A stretch of 64,000 bases of DNA from Vicugna vicugna (Eukaryota): the NCBI GenBank assembly GCA_013265495.1, contig MU061560.1, positions 434,001-498,000 of the forward strand. The letters are read 5' to 3'. Made by a program: the position numbers and the translations under genes. The notes beneath the pieces were generated by a model. The model saw only the letters and a program-made list of their open reading frames with translations, had not been told where the DNA came from and made no database searches. Positions 63,395-64,000 of this stretch are shown one piece after another. Numbering within the stretch: the first letter of the stretch is position 1; every line of letters begins with the position of its first letter.

Positions 63395-63430
<36 letters not shown>
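63370..63430. repeat. Compound (TA)n(CA)n(TG)n microsatellite
   Basis: Directly visible, alternating purine-pyrimidine throughout. Confidence 0.97.
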
Positions 63431-63431
<1 letters not shown>

Positions 63432-64000
63432 GAAATAAAAAGCAAGCTGGAGGCAGTATTTGCTTTCTCAGTTTTGCATGACTGGAAACAATCCCCTGCA
63501 CTGTTAGAAGCTCAACACACAACACTATTGTGCTCCTGGTCTAGAAAGCTGGCCTGGGGCAAAAAGAGGCCTGTTGGTCCCATCACACAGCAGTGAGTTA
63601 AGGAAAGCAAATGTCAATGTAAGCTGTTCAATATTAAATTTTAGTAAAAGGAGATTTATATTAATATTTGTCTTACAAGAGTATCAAAATAAAAAGAGTT
63701 GAGATGGATTAGAGACTGTCACCAAGCCCTTTTTGAAAAACCACCTAAAACCACTTGTCAGATTTTAAATTTTTAAAAATTGCCGCTAGTCAATCAGTGT
63801 CTGCATCTACCTGTCACCTGTACCTAAGCAGTGACACTAAGAGCAGTAAAAATGTCTCTAATTAATAAGGAAGTTGTTATGTAACGTCGTCACAGTCACC
63901 AAGTAAATAAACGATCATGTCAAAATTTTGACCTTTCAACCTCTCGTTTTCCTAATCCACCCTGTTATCTCCTAGCGGCAAAAAAAATACACTTTCCAGA

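Overview
Mammalian non-coding DNA, most likely from a camelid: it carries eight tRNA-Ala-derived Vic-1-type SINEs and several young L1 3' ends. I found no intact host protein-coding exon. The window looks like the interior of a large intron, probably of a + strand gene, because young L1 inserts are mostly antisense and a strong + strand donor follows a promoter-like block at about 37.7-38.1 kb. Identifiable items are a frameshifted PPDPF processed pseudogene (9.7-10.4 kb), an ERV1-type solo LTR, MLT2/MLT1 LTRs, Tigger1, MER5A, MER3 and Charlie DNA-transposon relics, L1/L2/MIR fragments, a canonical CTCF site, RFX X-boxes and several recent tandem duplications. Three observations stand out. (1) Three dispersed, 5'-truncated, poly(A)-tailed copies of a MER41-like LTR 3' end suggest an L1-mobilised, LTR-derived retroposon family. 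(2) Two L1 copies share a non-standard captured 3' extension. (3) A SINE-L1 unit sits inside a single 16-bp TSD. Repeat family names come from my recall of consensus sequences, not from a database search, and boundaries of old repeats are approximate.
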